This document shows positions 17,734 to 29,855 of a stretch of DNA of 32,000 bases, one piece after another. The position numbers and the translations under genes are program-made. The notes beneath the pieces were generated by a model. That model was not told the origin of the DNA. It did not search any database and saw nothing but the letters and a program-made list of their open reading frames with translations. Every line of letters begins with the position of its first letter. The stretch's first letter is position 1. Origin of the DNA: Wallemia ichthyophaga EXF-994 (lineage: Eukaryota > Fungi > Basidiomycota); contig NW_008806280.1 of the NCBI RefSeq assembly GCF_000400465.1, positions 330,001 through 362,000 of the forward strand, in the 5' to 3' direction.

Positions 17734-20426
17734 TTAAATCGTTACTGTAACACAAGATGGTATGATACAACCATTCTGCTTCAATACAGCAATCAGCGTC
17801 AATGAGTTATCCACCAACTCGCCATCAATATCTCTCAGATTCGGTAATCCCACTATCAACTCCTCGTTCGAGATATAGTTGACGTATGCAGACCTCCACA
17901 CGGCCACCTCCTCATCATGCATACTCGTCTTGCCTTCCTCACCAAGATCCAGCCCCAGTCCTACTCCACGAGCTTTGCGTATCTTGCCCCCTAAATAAAT
18001 ATCTGCAGTGTCATTCGAGAAGACGTCAAAATTCTTGCCTATTACTTTGACAATGTCTACCATTTCACCCTCAATCTCCTCACCAGAGTAGCGACGCTTC
18101 GTGCGCACGTCGCAGTGCACCCAACTATCCAGATATGGTATCGCTATAGCTATAGCTCCATCCAGGTTCGTTCTCTTATTGAGTGTGTCGAGCGGAAGAT
18201 TCGCGCCAGGCGTGAATTCTGGTGTGTATATGTGGTGATTATGCACTTCTGTGTGGAATATTAGTGAATCTATTCAAATAATCGAAACAACTCAAATCAC
18301 CCACCTGCACATGACAACGTCCACAGAGCAATCTCGCCAACATCCAGTGACCAGGTCATGCCATCTTCAGCAAAGGCATCGAGATTGTTAGCATCATAAT
18401 GACTCGAACGCCTTTTGTTACGTCCACCTGACTCATTTGAGATAGACGAACGCCTTACACTCGTCCTTCTCGATCGAGGTTTGTATGAGACATCAGCCCC
18501 GCTCTCCTCATACATATCGTGCATGTCTGACTGGTAGCTAGTCCTCCTCGACTTGCTTGCTCCTTCCTGGTTATACTTGTAGTTGGAGTTGGAATTCTGG
18601 TTTTTATGTGGGAACTCAACAGGTCCTTCGTGTGCTTTAGGTGGAGTGATGAGACGGATTAGCTCGTCTACGCAGGTGAGATACATTCCTGAAGCCTCGA
18701 GATCGTTCCCATCTGTCTGACTAGGCGTCTGCGTCTGCGCTGCTAACTCCAACCCCACCTTGTTCAGCTGCACAGTGGGTTCTCCCAACACACTCCCCTT
18801 GATGCACCCCACTTGGCGATGCTGGTTCGCGTTACTGTCGAGACTAGAGCGACGACGCTGTTGCTCTACATTGCCGCCTCCCGTCACTGAGCTCCCTTTT
18901 CCTCCTCTCCTGACGATCAGTGGCGGCGACACTACACCGTGAGCGAGTGACTGGAGCACCACTACAGAGTTGGCGCGAATAGCTGTAGTGTACATCCCAG
19001 TCGGCAGCGCTCCCACAGGCGGCGTTGGCCAGTCTGATGGAACGTTTGGTAGTCTATCCTGGGCATACTCCGTGTCATACATCCAGATAATGAACGGATC
19101 CCAGTAATTGGCATCTGGAGTAAACGTAGCATTTCTCAGGTCAATACCCTCCTCATTGTTTATCTGATAATCACTACCTAATGGCCAGACAGCCGGTGTG
19201 CCAGTCACAGTGAGGTAGCGTGTCGACGATGTTTGAGACTTGGCTCTGTTATATAAGCTAACGAGACTACCGTGAAAAACGCAAATATCTTCATTTCGCT
19301 TTGGCTTTCTCTGCTTGGATGCTTTCGATATTATGTTCATATTTGGAAGTGAAAAACTGCCTTTGAAAGGGTTGCTCGATAGAAGCGATGGAATTATCAC
19401 TTGAGCATTGCAATTAGTTATTCTACGATCATCTGAGACTTCGCTGATGTGCAAATGCTTAGCTACCGCTTTCCCATGCATCATTCTGTTATTCGAGTTG
19501 TTGTCTGAAATGTCTGAGGTGTCGTCGTGTGAGTCTGATTTGTTAGAGTTTGGGGAAGAGGAGGGTGGCGTAAGCGGCATATTACCCGTTTGCGTTGCCT
19601 GGGTTACCTGGGAGGCCTGTGCTGGGTGTGATTGGAACTCTGTCCATTTCAAATCGCAATGGTGAGCTTCCCTGCTATTTCCAAGCTTCACTTCCACAGA
19701 TGGAGACAATTGTCCTAATGCATGAGATTGTCCGCTCTTCTTGTTGTTCATGTCGCTGTTCCAATTCTTGCCAATCAAACAAACTTGAGGAGGTGGAGCG
19801 ATGAATCTGTCATGTCAGCGCCTTCACCACACCAAACCACACCACACCTACCTCTTCTCATTCCCGTAACTCTTCTGTGCAGTCTGTGGTGTTGTAATTG
19901 AAATAATCTGCTCGCCAAAGTTCATGCGATGCGGTGCGTTGAGGAAGTTCTTTAGGGTGATAACGATGCGCGCACTAAGCTTTTCATCTTCTTGGTCGTT
20001 GTGACGGCTGACCTGTGCAGGGTGGTGTACCTGCTGCAAGTGCTGTTCCTGCTGCTCGTGCTGCGGTGGCAGTGGAGGAATAACGTTGGCAGGCTTAATG
20101 AAAGTATCTGAGGGTGCAACGACGCTAATGGAATGTCTGTTGGCGTTGCTCAGGCTGGCGAATGGGTGGCCAAAGTAACCAGATGGCGTCACCGGGGATT
20201 GTTGATCGACTGTGAAAGAGCTAAACGCTGAGCTTAAGGAAGGTACACTGCCACGATGCTTATTATACTTGTATTGTAGTGGCTGCTGAATATCCTCCGC
20301 CTCCACTTTAACTTCAGCCTCGGTTGCGCCTTCACCTGGACTAATTGATAAGGGATCATAGCCGTCGTACGACGTCGGTGGCTGTGCGTGATCTTCAATA
20401 CTGTAATTGCTGAAATTAAAGTCCAT
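17734..20426 (-). CDS. Fungal CSL (CBF1/Su(H)/LAG-1) family transcription factor (3 exons)
   Basis: Exons 20426-19852, 19806-18305 and 18248-17734 (introns 45 and 56 nt). AQKSYGNEKR|FIAPPP, YNRAKSQTSSTRYL, WDPFII, EPTVQLNKVGLE and C-terminal IPT-like VIGKNF...LIAVLKQNGCII. This joins three separate track ORFs. Confidence 0.9.
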
Positions 20427-20659
20427 CGTCGTTGTTGCTCAACCCGCCAATTAGTTTATTACTTCGTTTCCATCTTTCGGCGAGACGATTCTGAAACATT
20501 AATCTAGGCAATACAATAACTTAAGCCTTTTTTGATGGTGGATTTTATAAAGTATTTTGTTTTTTATATTTCTATATTCTACACTTGACTGCTTCTATCT
20601 GTGTTTCCTGGATATGTGTCACTCCCAGCAGCGTACCATTCCTAGCTACTTCTATTGCC

Positions 20660-22898
20660 CTAGCTGTCACCTTGATTATAAACCCTTCCAAGCCTACTCA
20701 AAGCCACCTAATCACTTGGTCAGATGAGCCTGTCTTAGATATTGATACTCACGTCATATGCCTCCATCAATGGTTCCACTTCCTTTGTCGTTGGCCTCAC
20801 TTTCTTCACTTGATGCTTAGCATTCTTCGTGTATCCCTTAAAGTATTTGGCTTCTTGCACTTCTACCAGCGTCCATGCTGTGCCAACCAATCCAGCTCGC
20901 GCTGTTCTACCGACCCTGTGGACATACTTGGGCATGTCAAGTGGTATGTCATAATTGATCACATTTTCAATACCCTGAACATCTATTCCTCTTGCAATTA
21001 CATCCGTTGACACCAACCTATTCATTTCATACGTCAGCATACGTCATTCTCTCTCAAAACACTCACATATCAACCTCGCCATCCTTAAACTTGGTAAGCA
21101 TCTTTTGCCTCTCTTGCGGTGAGAGATCACTGCTAAATGATGCCACTGTCGGTCCATTCCCCACTTGATCATTGAACAGTCGCAGAAGATGCATCAACCT
21201 CGTAGCACTCTCAACAGATTTCGTGAAACACAACGCCCTCTTTACACCCCTCTGGTAAAGCAAGTGCAGCAACATCAATGGTTTGTACGCCGTTTCGGAA
21301 ACTATCATACGTTCCTAGAAAGGAAATTGAGATTAGATTGACCTAAATTAATGTACTCCCAATATAGCATCTATAACTCACCTCTAATGTGGATGGAATC
21401 GCATAATCTTCCACCTTCTCGTTGCGAACAACGACGAACTTAGGATCGTTGAGATGCAAAGAGCGAATTTTTGATGGATCTGTTGTGAGTGTGGCTGAGA
21501 AAAGCATTTTTTGCACCTATTCTCAGTGAGCAGTGAAACGACAGAAAATTAAAATAAACTAACTCCTCGTTGTGGTCTTTCAAATGTCTCCATCAAATCG
21601 TGTTTGTTTGTACCACCCAATGCATCATGTGCATCTGTCCTTGGTGGTATTTTAATTGGTGTTGTTAATGCAATCTGAACTCTGTCTATCCACGATTGGA
21701 AAGACTGATTCATCAACCTGTCCGCTTCATCTATGACCTTGGAGGTATGTTGGCGGAGGGGTTATTTAAAAAGCACCAACTCACCAAAAACCTGAGATGC
21801 TGGACTGTGAAATTTGGGGTAGAGTTGATGTGATCGATAAGTCTACCCGGGGTTGCTATAAGTATGTCGACTTTAGAGCTGCCACCAGCAAAGCTTGAGG
21901 AGGTATTAGCTTGCGTACGAACTAATGAGATTTACCAACATTGTATCAGTTTGGCCAACGAGTTTGGCTTGTTCTTGTTGAAATGATTGCTGTCCAGTTA
22001 TCGTACCAATCTAGAGTATAGTGAGTAAATGTGTATAACAAAATCTCGCCAACTCGAATCCCACCTTGAGATCAGTGCCTTTTGCGAAAAGCTCAAATGT
22101 TTCTCGGACTTGAGAAACGAGATCGCGAGTGGGAAGAACGATAAGAGCTCTCAGACGTGTGACGATACGTCTTGAAAGAACTTCTACAATTGGTAGAGTG
22201 TACCCTAAAGTCTTTCCAGAGCCAGTTGGTGCAGATACGCAGATATCTCTTGGACTCTCAGCGGGATAAAGAGGGTGTCGTATACCATCATTCATGTCAC
22301 CTATGAGAAGTGGAATGGCAGCTAGTTGAACGGCAAAAAGGCTTTCAAAGCCGATTTGGATGAGACGATTGCTGAGTCTGCCACCTAAACCTAGAGTGTG
22401 GGCCTGGGTTGAAGGAAATGACTGATTTGCGTCTATCGAAATTTCATTTGCAAAGACATCAGGCAGACCGAGTTTCTTGAGATCTTCAGTTGAAGCTACG
22501 TTGAGATTCTGAGGTTCTGGGAAGGACAGCAACGGCAATTGAGGGGGTTGTTGAGGGATTTCCTGGGAAATCTCAGGGATATTGGGGATCTCAGGGTTTT
22601 CTGAGATTTCAGGCTTCTCAGGCTTTTCGATCTTCTCGTCGCGATCGCTGTCGCTACTATCACTGCTACTGCTTTCACTGCTGTCACTGCTATCACTATT
22701 ACTACTGCTGCTACTAATACCACGATCACCACCGCCAGATACCTTTGCATCCTGCTCACCGGGCTCAACTCTCCTTTTCTTCTTCTTAGGCGCAGCTGCT
22801 TGGTTTGCTTTCCTTCGTATCTTTTTCTTATTAAGATAGCGGAGTTTTGCGGCTGTTTTCTCCTTTTTGAGTGTGGGTGCGGGTGCTGCAGTGGTCAT
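20660..22898 (-). CDS. DBP6: DEAD-box RNA helicase Dbp6/DDX51 (multi-exon)
   Basis: Q motif [50 protein letters not shown] and [10 protein letters not shown] across short-intron exons. The last exon ends [15 protein letters not shown]. Confidence 0.92.
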
Positions 22899-23313
22899 CG
22901 GTGTAGAAGATGGAGGTGGAGATGAAGAAGAATAAGGGTGATGGATATCAATCTGAGTGTTCTTTGCTTTGCGAACTATGCGCTGTGTGTATCTGCTCAG
23001 GTTCTAGGTTCTGTTCAGCATACCAAATTAAGTAATTAAATTCAGGGCGTAGAAGCTTTAGAAGCTTGTGAAACTTGTAGAACATTTAAATCTAAGACAT
23101 TAATTGAATAATTTTAATTTTAAAGAAGAGATCGTGATTATCATTTCAGGAACTGATCCCGGCAATATCCCCGCGGAGTGGATTGGTGCTGCAATGTGAT
23201 AATGTGAGTATATTTTAGTTTGGATGTAAATTTAATCGTTGATTATCGAATGAACGTAAGCGAATTTGACTCCGAATTAATTAATGCAACTCAGGGATCA
23301 CGCTACCTGAGAC

Positions 23314-23320
23314 TATAAAT
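23314..23320 (+). promoter_or_regulatory. TATA box of secreted paralog 1
   Basis: CTATAAATATCAGC, 46 nt upstream of ATG 23367. An equivalent motif precedes both other paralogs. Confidence 0.7.
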
Positions 23321-23366
23321 ATCAGCGCACAGCCGACCTCTTATCCATCGACATCCAACTTGAATT

Positions 23367-23958
23367 ATGAAATTTTCTGCTTTAACCACTATCGCCACTG
23401 CTATTACCGCTGCCACAGCTGCTCCCGTTAAGAGAGTCGTTGGCACCGTTTCGTTCACAGATGCTATATCCAACATGAAGTTGAACTTGGTGACTAACGA
23501 CGCCTCCATCCCAGTTGGACTCAGTAACGGTGTTCTCACTGCAGATCAAGATCCTATCACTGTCGATTTTCTCCTAGGTGATTCTCAATTCATGAATTTT
23601 GAGAACACAGACAACACTAAGTTTGGTCGGTACAAATAGGCATCTTCAAACAACCACTAATCATTCCATAGGTCACATCGTTAACTCTGGAACACAACAG
23701 GCTCTCACAGTAAACTCACCTGGCGCTGCTCAAGGTCAAAACATCTACTTCTCTGAGAGCAGCATTTCCGATGACTCAAGTCAGATGCTTCAATACTGGG
23801 AACTGAATGCAGACATGCAAGTTAGATTCCTCGGTGCGCCAAAAGGTGCTGAATTCGGTCAAGGTCCATTCACTCCAGAGTCACAAAATGAAGGTGATGG
23901 CTTGGCAATTGCACTCAACACTAATACCGCAGCAAGTTTCGTCCTTGAGCAACAATAA
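23367..23958 (+). CDS. Small secreted acidic Cys-free protein, paralog 1
   Basis: Signal peptide, KR site, phase-1 intron 23626-23671 within KF-G-HIVN and conserved GPFTPESQNEGD. Confidence 0.9.
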
Positions 23959-24020
23959 ACCTTACATGAAACTCGCATTGAAATTTTTCAAACAACCCAA
24001 CTAAGTTAATCATCGGGACG

Positions 24021-24054
24021 ATCTCTTTTTAATCAACATCTCTTTTTAATCAAT
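24021..24054. repeat. 17-bp direct tandem duplication ATCTCTTTTTAATCAAY x2
   Basis: Seen directly between the convergent 3' ends of paralog 1 and the RNase III gene. Confidence 0.85.
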
Positions 24055-24258
24055 ATCAATTATCACAATCAAGATTACGAGATATCAACTCAACTTAACC
24101 TTGTTGATATCAATTTTTCACGATTTCCATGGAATTTCTTTATAAATAACTTTAATTTGTAACAAAGTATAATGCATTGTAGTGTGCTCAAGTTAAACTA
24201 ATTCAATAGAGGTTCTATGAGTAATCTCAACTTCAATATGAACAAAATCAATATACTT

Positions 24259-26415
24259 TTATTTCTTATCAGTCAACTCCTCAACGCATTTCAAACCATC
24301 TAGCGCCTCTTTATTCAAATAGCCATGCTTAATGTTTTCTGAGAATCCTTCTGGAATATAGTTTCCTGCTGCATCTGGTACATTGAGATGCTCAGCCATC
24401 ATAGCAGCGATTGTAAACCTTGCATTCTTCTTACTGCTACTGCTAGCTTCCGCGATCTTTTGCCCATCCATATGCAATATCGCAAACCAACTAGCAACAC
24501 CGTCGAGATTGCGATCTGTCTCACCAAATTCCCAATTCAACTTGTTACCGAATATCTTATTTATAGCTGTAGACCAATGTCCTTGCACTTCTCCTCTATT
24601 GCGCTCTTCGAATTCCCTTTGTACTGCTGTGAGATGGCACTTTACGAATGGTCCCAAGAGCTCTATAAGCCACGATCGACTGATTCCAGGCTCTCTGTCA
24701 CGAAACACCGCTCCTATATATGCTTCCATCGCATCTGCTTTCGTTTTCATTGAGTGATGCTGTACCTGTGAATCTTGATTCTTCAATTGCGTCGACACAC
24801 GCAGCTTTGACGGCAGGCCGTACATTTCCGCAAAGTATGATAGTATATTACCATTAACAAGCCTGTTACGCAAGCTCACCATTCCACCCGGTCTCAGCTG
24901 CGGGTGCTGTACAAAGATTGCCTCAGTCGTATGCACTTCTAGCACTGCATCTCCTAGGAACTCTAGACGCTCGTTATCGAATGATGTGTAACCCTGATGT
25001 GTTTCATTGTTAGCTAGTTTGTATAACGACGTGTAAAAAACCACTCACTTCTGGATCTTGCATGACGTTGAGTGGTGGATTAAGAGATCTATGAGTGAGT
25101 ACCTCAAACAGCGACACCTCAGTCAAAGCTGGTAACGGTGGTGGGTATGATGATGGAAACTCAGGCTGTACCTCAGTCTTCATTTCGTCGGATATAGGCA
25201 GGAGTTTACCGTGATCTAGATCGTACCTCGACATAGGTCTGTTTGGATTGAATTTGCCTTCATTCAACAATCCCTCTATAAACTCTGTTTTGGCATCAAT
25301 CGAGTGACTTGACTGCCAGCGCAAATTCTTGAGTGGTGGGCCTGCTTCTTCCTCCCTCTTTCTCTTCCGTGAGAGCTCTTCAGCCTCCCTCTTTCTTGCA
25401 GCTTCATCTTCCTTGTCCATGATCATTTTAGCCTCTCCAATCTCCCTTAACTCCTTGAGCTCCTTTTTCAAACCCTCTTCGCGTTCCTTGTATGTCATAG
25501 CCTGTTGTTGCATCTCTGAGTCAGCTCTCTCATACTTCCTTTTGTACTTGTCAACTTTCTTGAGCGTATCAGCTTTCGCCTTCTCAGCCTGTTGTAACTT
25601 CTGCTTGTACTCCCACTCAGCTTTCTCAGCCTGTTTCTTGTATGTTTCAAGCTCGAGATGTACCTCATTTTTATGCTTTTCAGAATGAACTGTTTGATGT
25701 CCTTGCTCCGTCTCTGCTTTCTCAGTCTGCTTTCTTCCACGTTTTTGAAGTGCTTCAGTTTTGAACTCTTCAGATCTGGAGATGCTTCCATTCCTGCCTC
25801 GATGCGAGACTCCCTCAGACGAAGTATCAGGTTCCCCCGTTGAGTTATTATAATACGTTTTGATACTATCTGCAGCGGTGTTTTGCTCCTTTTGACTGCT
25901 TTTGGCTGCTTCTGCAGCTTGTGCTTCCAGGTCTGCAACGTTCGGCTTCATCTCGGGTTGCGCTGTTCCTTGAGATTCGACAATGGCGGTGATGTTCGGA
26001 GTGATCACATCATAAAGCCATCCTTTGAGCTTATCGAATCCCATTTCCTTGTAGATAGCACCAATGAATCTGCATGTACATTAGACAGATATCTTGCACC
26101 CCTAAACAACGCACGCTAGAAGTATATTCGCCTTGTCGCGTATTTCGGGCAATGCTTTCAGTTGAGTTATCTTCAGATCCTCGGATATTGACGCAAGCTT
26201 AGGCTCAGAGATAATACTATGCAAAACGCTATTGAGATCTGCTTGCGCGTTCTTCGTTAATACGTAGTCCACCTGCATTCTATCAGACCATTCTACGCAT
26301 AGAAACCCACACTCACCACAAAAGACTGCAGGAGCGATCTACCGAGTGTGATCAGGCCCTGGTCGATTGCCAAGCACTGTATCACTATTACGGGCGATAG
26401 TGGAGGCAGTGACAT
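24259..26415 (-). CDS. 670-aa RNase III protein: degenerate RNase III domain + charged coiled-coil linker + intact RNase III + dsRBD-like domain
   Basis: Exons 26415-26317, 26272-26115, 26069-25049 and 24993-24259 total 2013 nt in frame. Introns are 44, 45 and 55 nt, GT..AG with CTGAT, CTAAT and CTAAC branch sites. The C-terminal domain has LPAL..THRS, NERLEFLGDAVL and KADAMEAYIGA. dsRBD-like W..GQKIAEASSSSKKNARF. Confidence 0.85.
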
Positions 26416-26578
26416 CCTTAATGCTTCGCCGGTGGTGGTGGTGATGGTAGGTTCGAAGAGAAGGTCTGTTTTGTATAGAGCTGAGATTGGCGAAATCAAA
26501 ATTATTTATATATTTAAGAACTTCAGTTTAATTTAGAATAGAAAAGGGACGTTTTTCTATTTAAAAAAATAAAAATTG

Positions 26579-26658
26579 AACCCCTGACGGGAATTGCACC
26601 CGCGACCCTCTGCTATCCTGACCGGAGGCAGATACGCTAACTTCTACGCCACAAGGGT
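26579..26658 (-). tRNA. tRNA-Arg(CCG)-like gene with a 7-nt intron and atypical D and T loops
   Basis: Cloverleaf: acceptor ACCCTTG/CAGGGGT, D-stem GCGT/GCGT (with G-U pairs), anticodon stem TCTGC/GCAGA, loop CT-CCG-G[TCAGGAT]A and T-stem GCGGG/CCCGT. Downstream T-runs could act as a Pol III terminator. Confidence 0.75.
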
Positions 26659-27151
26659 ATAACCGTTAGACTATTTCAGTCAAGTGTGTTTGCTTTCTCA
26701 GCTACAAATAACATACGTCTATAAAACGCTCAAAGGCAAAAATTTTCATCAGATGAAAGGCCTGGCAAGCTCTTTACGAGTTCTTCAAACCGCAATTAAC
26801 TACGCATCAAAGATACTCCAGTGGTTCAACGTAATTGAGAACCACCAACAATTTACACATTACGACGCTAGTCAAGAAACCCTTCCAGTAAATTCAGTAC
26901 CCCCTTTGACTCCTCATGCTTTAAGAAGTATTGATGCACGCAGTTTACAACATGTATCGTCTTAACAATATAATCAGATTTCATCATCATCATCAACGAA
27001 AGGCGTGGCTGAGCGAGTAACTCACACCTCATAATTCCATTAATTCCCTGCGACTAACGATATAATCTAGGAACCCCTCAAATCTTACAAAACAATTTAA
27101 AATTTCGTTCATTAAGTAAATCAATTACAACAGGAAGCAATCCTTTCAAAT

Positions 27152-28380
27152 CTATGTGAGAGTGTTCCTTATGGAATCTTTCTGCTGTTGATTGAGTGTC
27201 TTCGGTAGCTCGACATCCCAAACGACCCTCAAATCACCCTTCTTCTTTGCAGCATCCTTCTTGGAGATTGGCATGCCTTCACCATACTTCTTGGTGACAG
27301 AGCCAGGTTGTATTATACCGGAAGGTGGGTTGATTTCAATCAAACGACCATCGAGATGTCTTATCTTGAATGTCTTGCTACCGGTACCGCACATGGCATC
27401 GACCAAGCTGACCTTTTGGTGCACTTCCACGTCGTCGCCATCACGTTTGAATGTAGAGTGAGGTTTCTCTTCCACGACAAAGACTATATCCTGGAATTTA
27501 CCTTGACTAACTTCATTTCCTGAGGTGTTGAAACGAATTTTAGTACCCGCTTTCCATCCTGGCTTAACACTGAACTCCAGTATCTTATCCTCGCTCCTGC
27601 CTGAGAGATGCTTGCGTTGTATCTTGAGTTTCTTGTGCACGCCTGCGTAAAGGTCTTCTAAGGATATAGGCACGTTCTTGGTCCATTCTGAAGGACCCTC
27701 ATCTTTAGGAGGAGCTTTGGAGCGAGTGGAACGTGTGCTACCGCCCATACCAGGCATTCCACCGCCCATTCCACCACCACCCATGCCACCAGGCATGCCA
27801 CCGAATGAAGAGAATCCGCCAAAGTCATCGTCCATGGAAGAGCCAAAGCCGCTTCCCATACCACCCATTCCTCCCATTCCGCCTCCCATGCCACCTTTAC
27901 CGCCAAAGAGCATTTCAAAGATGTCCATTGGGTCACTGGCTTGGAAGCCACCTGGTCTACCGCCGCTGCTGGAGAAGTTGAATGATCCACCAGGGAAGGC
28001 ACCACCAGCATCGCCGAATCCTTCGAAGCCGGCGCCAGGTGATGGACCACCGCCACCTTTCAAGCCTTCTTCACCATCTGAAGGATGACGTTAGATTGGT
28101 TGATAGAGATGGAAGCAGACTCACATTGGTCGTAAATTGTTCTCTTGTTGGAGTCTGTCAATACCTCTGCAGCTTCAGACGCCTGCTTGAATTTTTCAGC
28201 AGCTTCGTCGGAGCCCTTGTTTCTGTGGAGGAGTATAATGAGTATACGCTGTTGGAGCGGGACTATAGCCACTCACCTATCTGGGTGGTACTTGAGAGCT
28301 GCCTTCTTGTAAGCCTTCTTTATTTCGTCTTCGCTAGCACTTTTGTCTACGCCTAGTAGTTTGTAGTAGTCTGCACCCAT
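27152..28380 (-). CDS. SIS1: Class B (type II) Hsp40 J-protein, Sis1-like
   Basis: [16 protein letters not shown]|RNK J-domain over two short introns, G/F- and G/M-rich regions with DIFEMLF, and [27 protein letters not shown]. Confidence 0.92.
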
Positions 28381-28778
28381 TTCTGCCTTGCGTTTCTGTC
28401 CAATCTTGGGCGAGTTTGTGGATTAAAGTTGATCGTTTTAGTTGAGAAGAGAATCTTATGATGTCAGCGTTTTTTGCTGGAAATTTCGGGAATACGTCAG
28501 AGACTTGAAGTGGACGAATTAGGTAATTCAAAAGATTTGTTTATTGTTCAAAGCGTATAATGTATTTACATTGTAAGCTACAAATTAATAGTTAATTACA
28601 GAAAGAGAGAAGTCTTGTAAATTTGATAAAAAAAAAATATGCTTTAGAAGATTGTGAGAGTGTTTATATAATAGTGTTCATGTAAGAATAATCATTGAAG
28701 AGATTTTCCAGAGCTTAGAGGATTTTATTTGCGTTTTTGTCATTTTTTGAAACGAATTGTCTCTGTCGCCACGACAGT

Positions 28779-29386
28779 CTACTTCTGTTCCAGAACGAGT
28801 TTCGCGTCGGTGTCCTTGTTCAGTGCAATTGCCAAATTATCACCCTCGTTCTGTGACTGTGGAGTGAGTGGACCTTCACCGTAATTGCCATCCTTTGGTT
28901 TGCCAAGAAATTTCACTTCCATGCTCTCGACATCCATTTGCCAGAATTGAAGCAGTTGGCTTGAGTTATCTGAGGTGCTGCTCGTTGAAAAGTAGACGGT
29001 CTGACCTAGGGCTACGCCTGGGGAGCTGGCCGTGAGTGCTTGTTGTGTCTCAGTGTTGCGAATATGACCTTGGTGTGTTAAAAAAAAAGTTTTCAAAATG
29101 CGCACAAAAACCCACCAAACTTTGTGTCGTCGGTGTTTTCATATCCCATATATTCAGAGTCGACCGGTAAAAAGTCGACGGTAACTGGATCGATATCTCT
29201 AGACACCGTAGCGAGAACGCTATTGGCCAATCCGACTTTCATTGAAACGTCCGAAGTGACGAGGTTGAGATTGAGGTTAGTTGCAGCTGCAGATTTGATA
29301 TCGAGTGTCTCTTGTCTCTTGTCAAACGCGGCAGCGGTGGCTACAGAGGCGAAGGTGGAGATGATAGCGATTGTTGAAAACTTCAT
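28779..29386 (-). CDS. Small secreted acidic Cys-free protein, paralog 2
   Basis: Signal peptide, DKR site, phase-1 intron 29070-29115 at the same KF-G-H position and GPLTPQSQNEGD. Confidence 0.9.
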
Positions 29387-29436
29387 GTTGAATTCTGTGA
29401 TGATTGCGATGGTTCAAGAGGAAAGTTCGAGGCTGA

Positions 29437-29443
29437 ATTTATA
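29437..29443 (-). promoter_or_regulatory. TATA box of secreted paralog 2
   Basis: Minus strand CTATAAATTCAGCC, 50 nt upstream of ATG 29386. Confidence 0.7.
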
Positions 29444-29855
29444 GCCATAGCTGTAGCGCTAGCCCTTGTGATCTACCTCAAATACGTCGCCCGTCAACAT
29501 CTGTACCTGATTCAAATTTATTAAACGCGGGCGCTGCCTGCGTTTTCTTAATAAGTTGGGCGGAATGGGTTGCTTATTAATAAGCTTTTCTTTATCAGGC
29601 TGAGCGTGTGTGGTTCGCTGCGATCGAAGATTTTGGAGAATCTAGTAAGGCAAGCGTGACGCAAACATCATACTTGTCCAGCCACTCAACAAATTCTGCT
29701 TTGTTATTAATCAGAAGCTTATACATGATCACAAATGGATCCAAGAAGTCGTGAAAATTAAATAGACAATGAAATGACGTGAGAAATTGTTCGTAAAGTT
29801 AAAATTTTTTGTTATTTGATATTTCTGAGAGAAAAGATTCTTTACCAGTGCTGCT

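Noticed and set aside
17734-18246. Independent 170-aa hypothetical gene
   Set aside because: It is the last exon (IPT-like C-terminal domain) of the CSL gene, via intron 18249-18304.
22129-22135. GTGGGAA CSL-binding consensus near the CSL gene
   Set aside because: A single 7-mer inside the DBP6 coding sequence; expected by chance in 32 kb.
24259-26044. Two separate genes or a pseudogene (ORFs 24259-25044 and 25010-26044)
   Set aside because: Joined in frame by a 55-nt intron (24994-25048) with a CTAAC branch site.
26684-26965. 93-aa ORF between the tRNA and SIS1
   Set aside because: GTG start, AT-rich intergenic composition and no motifs.
27658-28356. Long alternative-frame and antisense ORFs over SIS1 (likewise over CSN3, GCV1 and POL32)
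   Set aside because: By-products of repetitive, GC-rich, stop-poor codon usage in the real genes.
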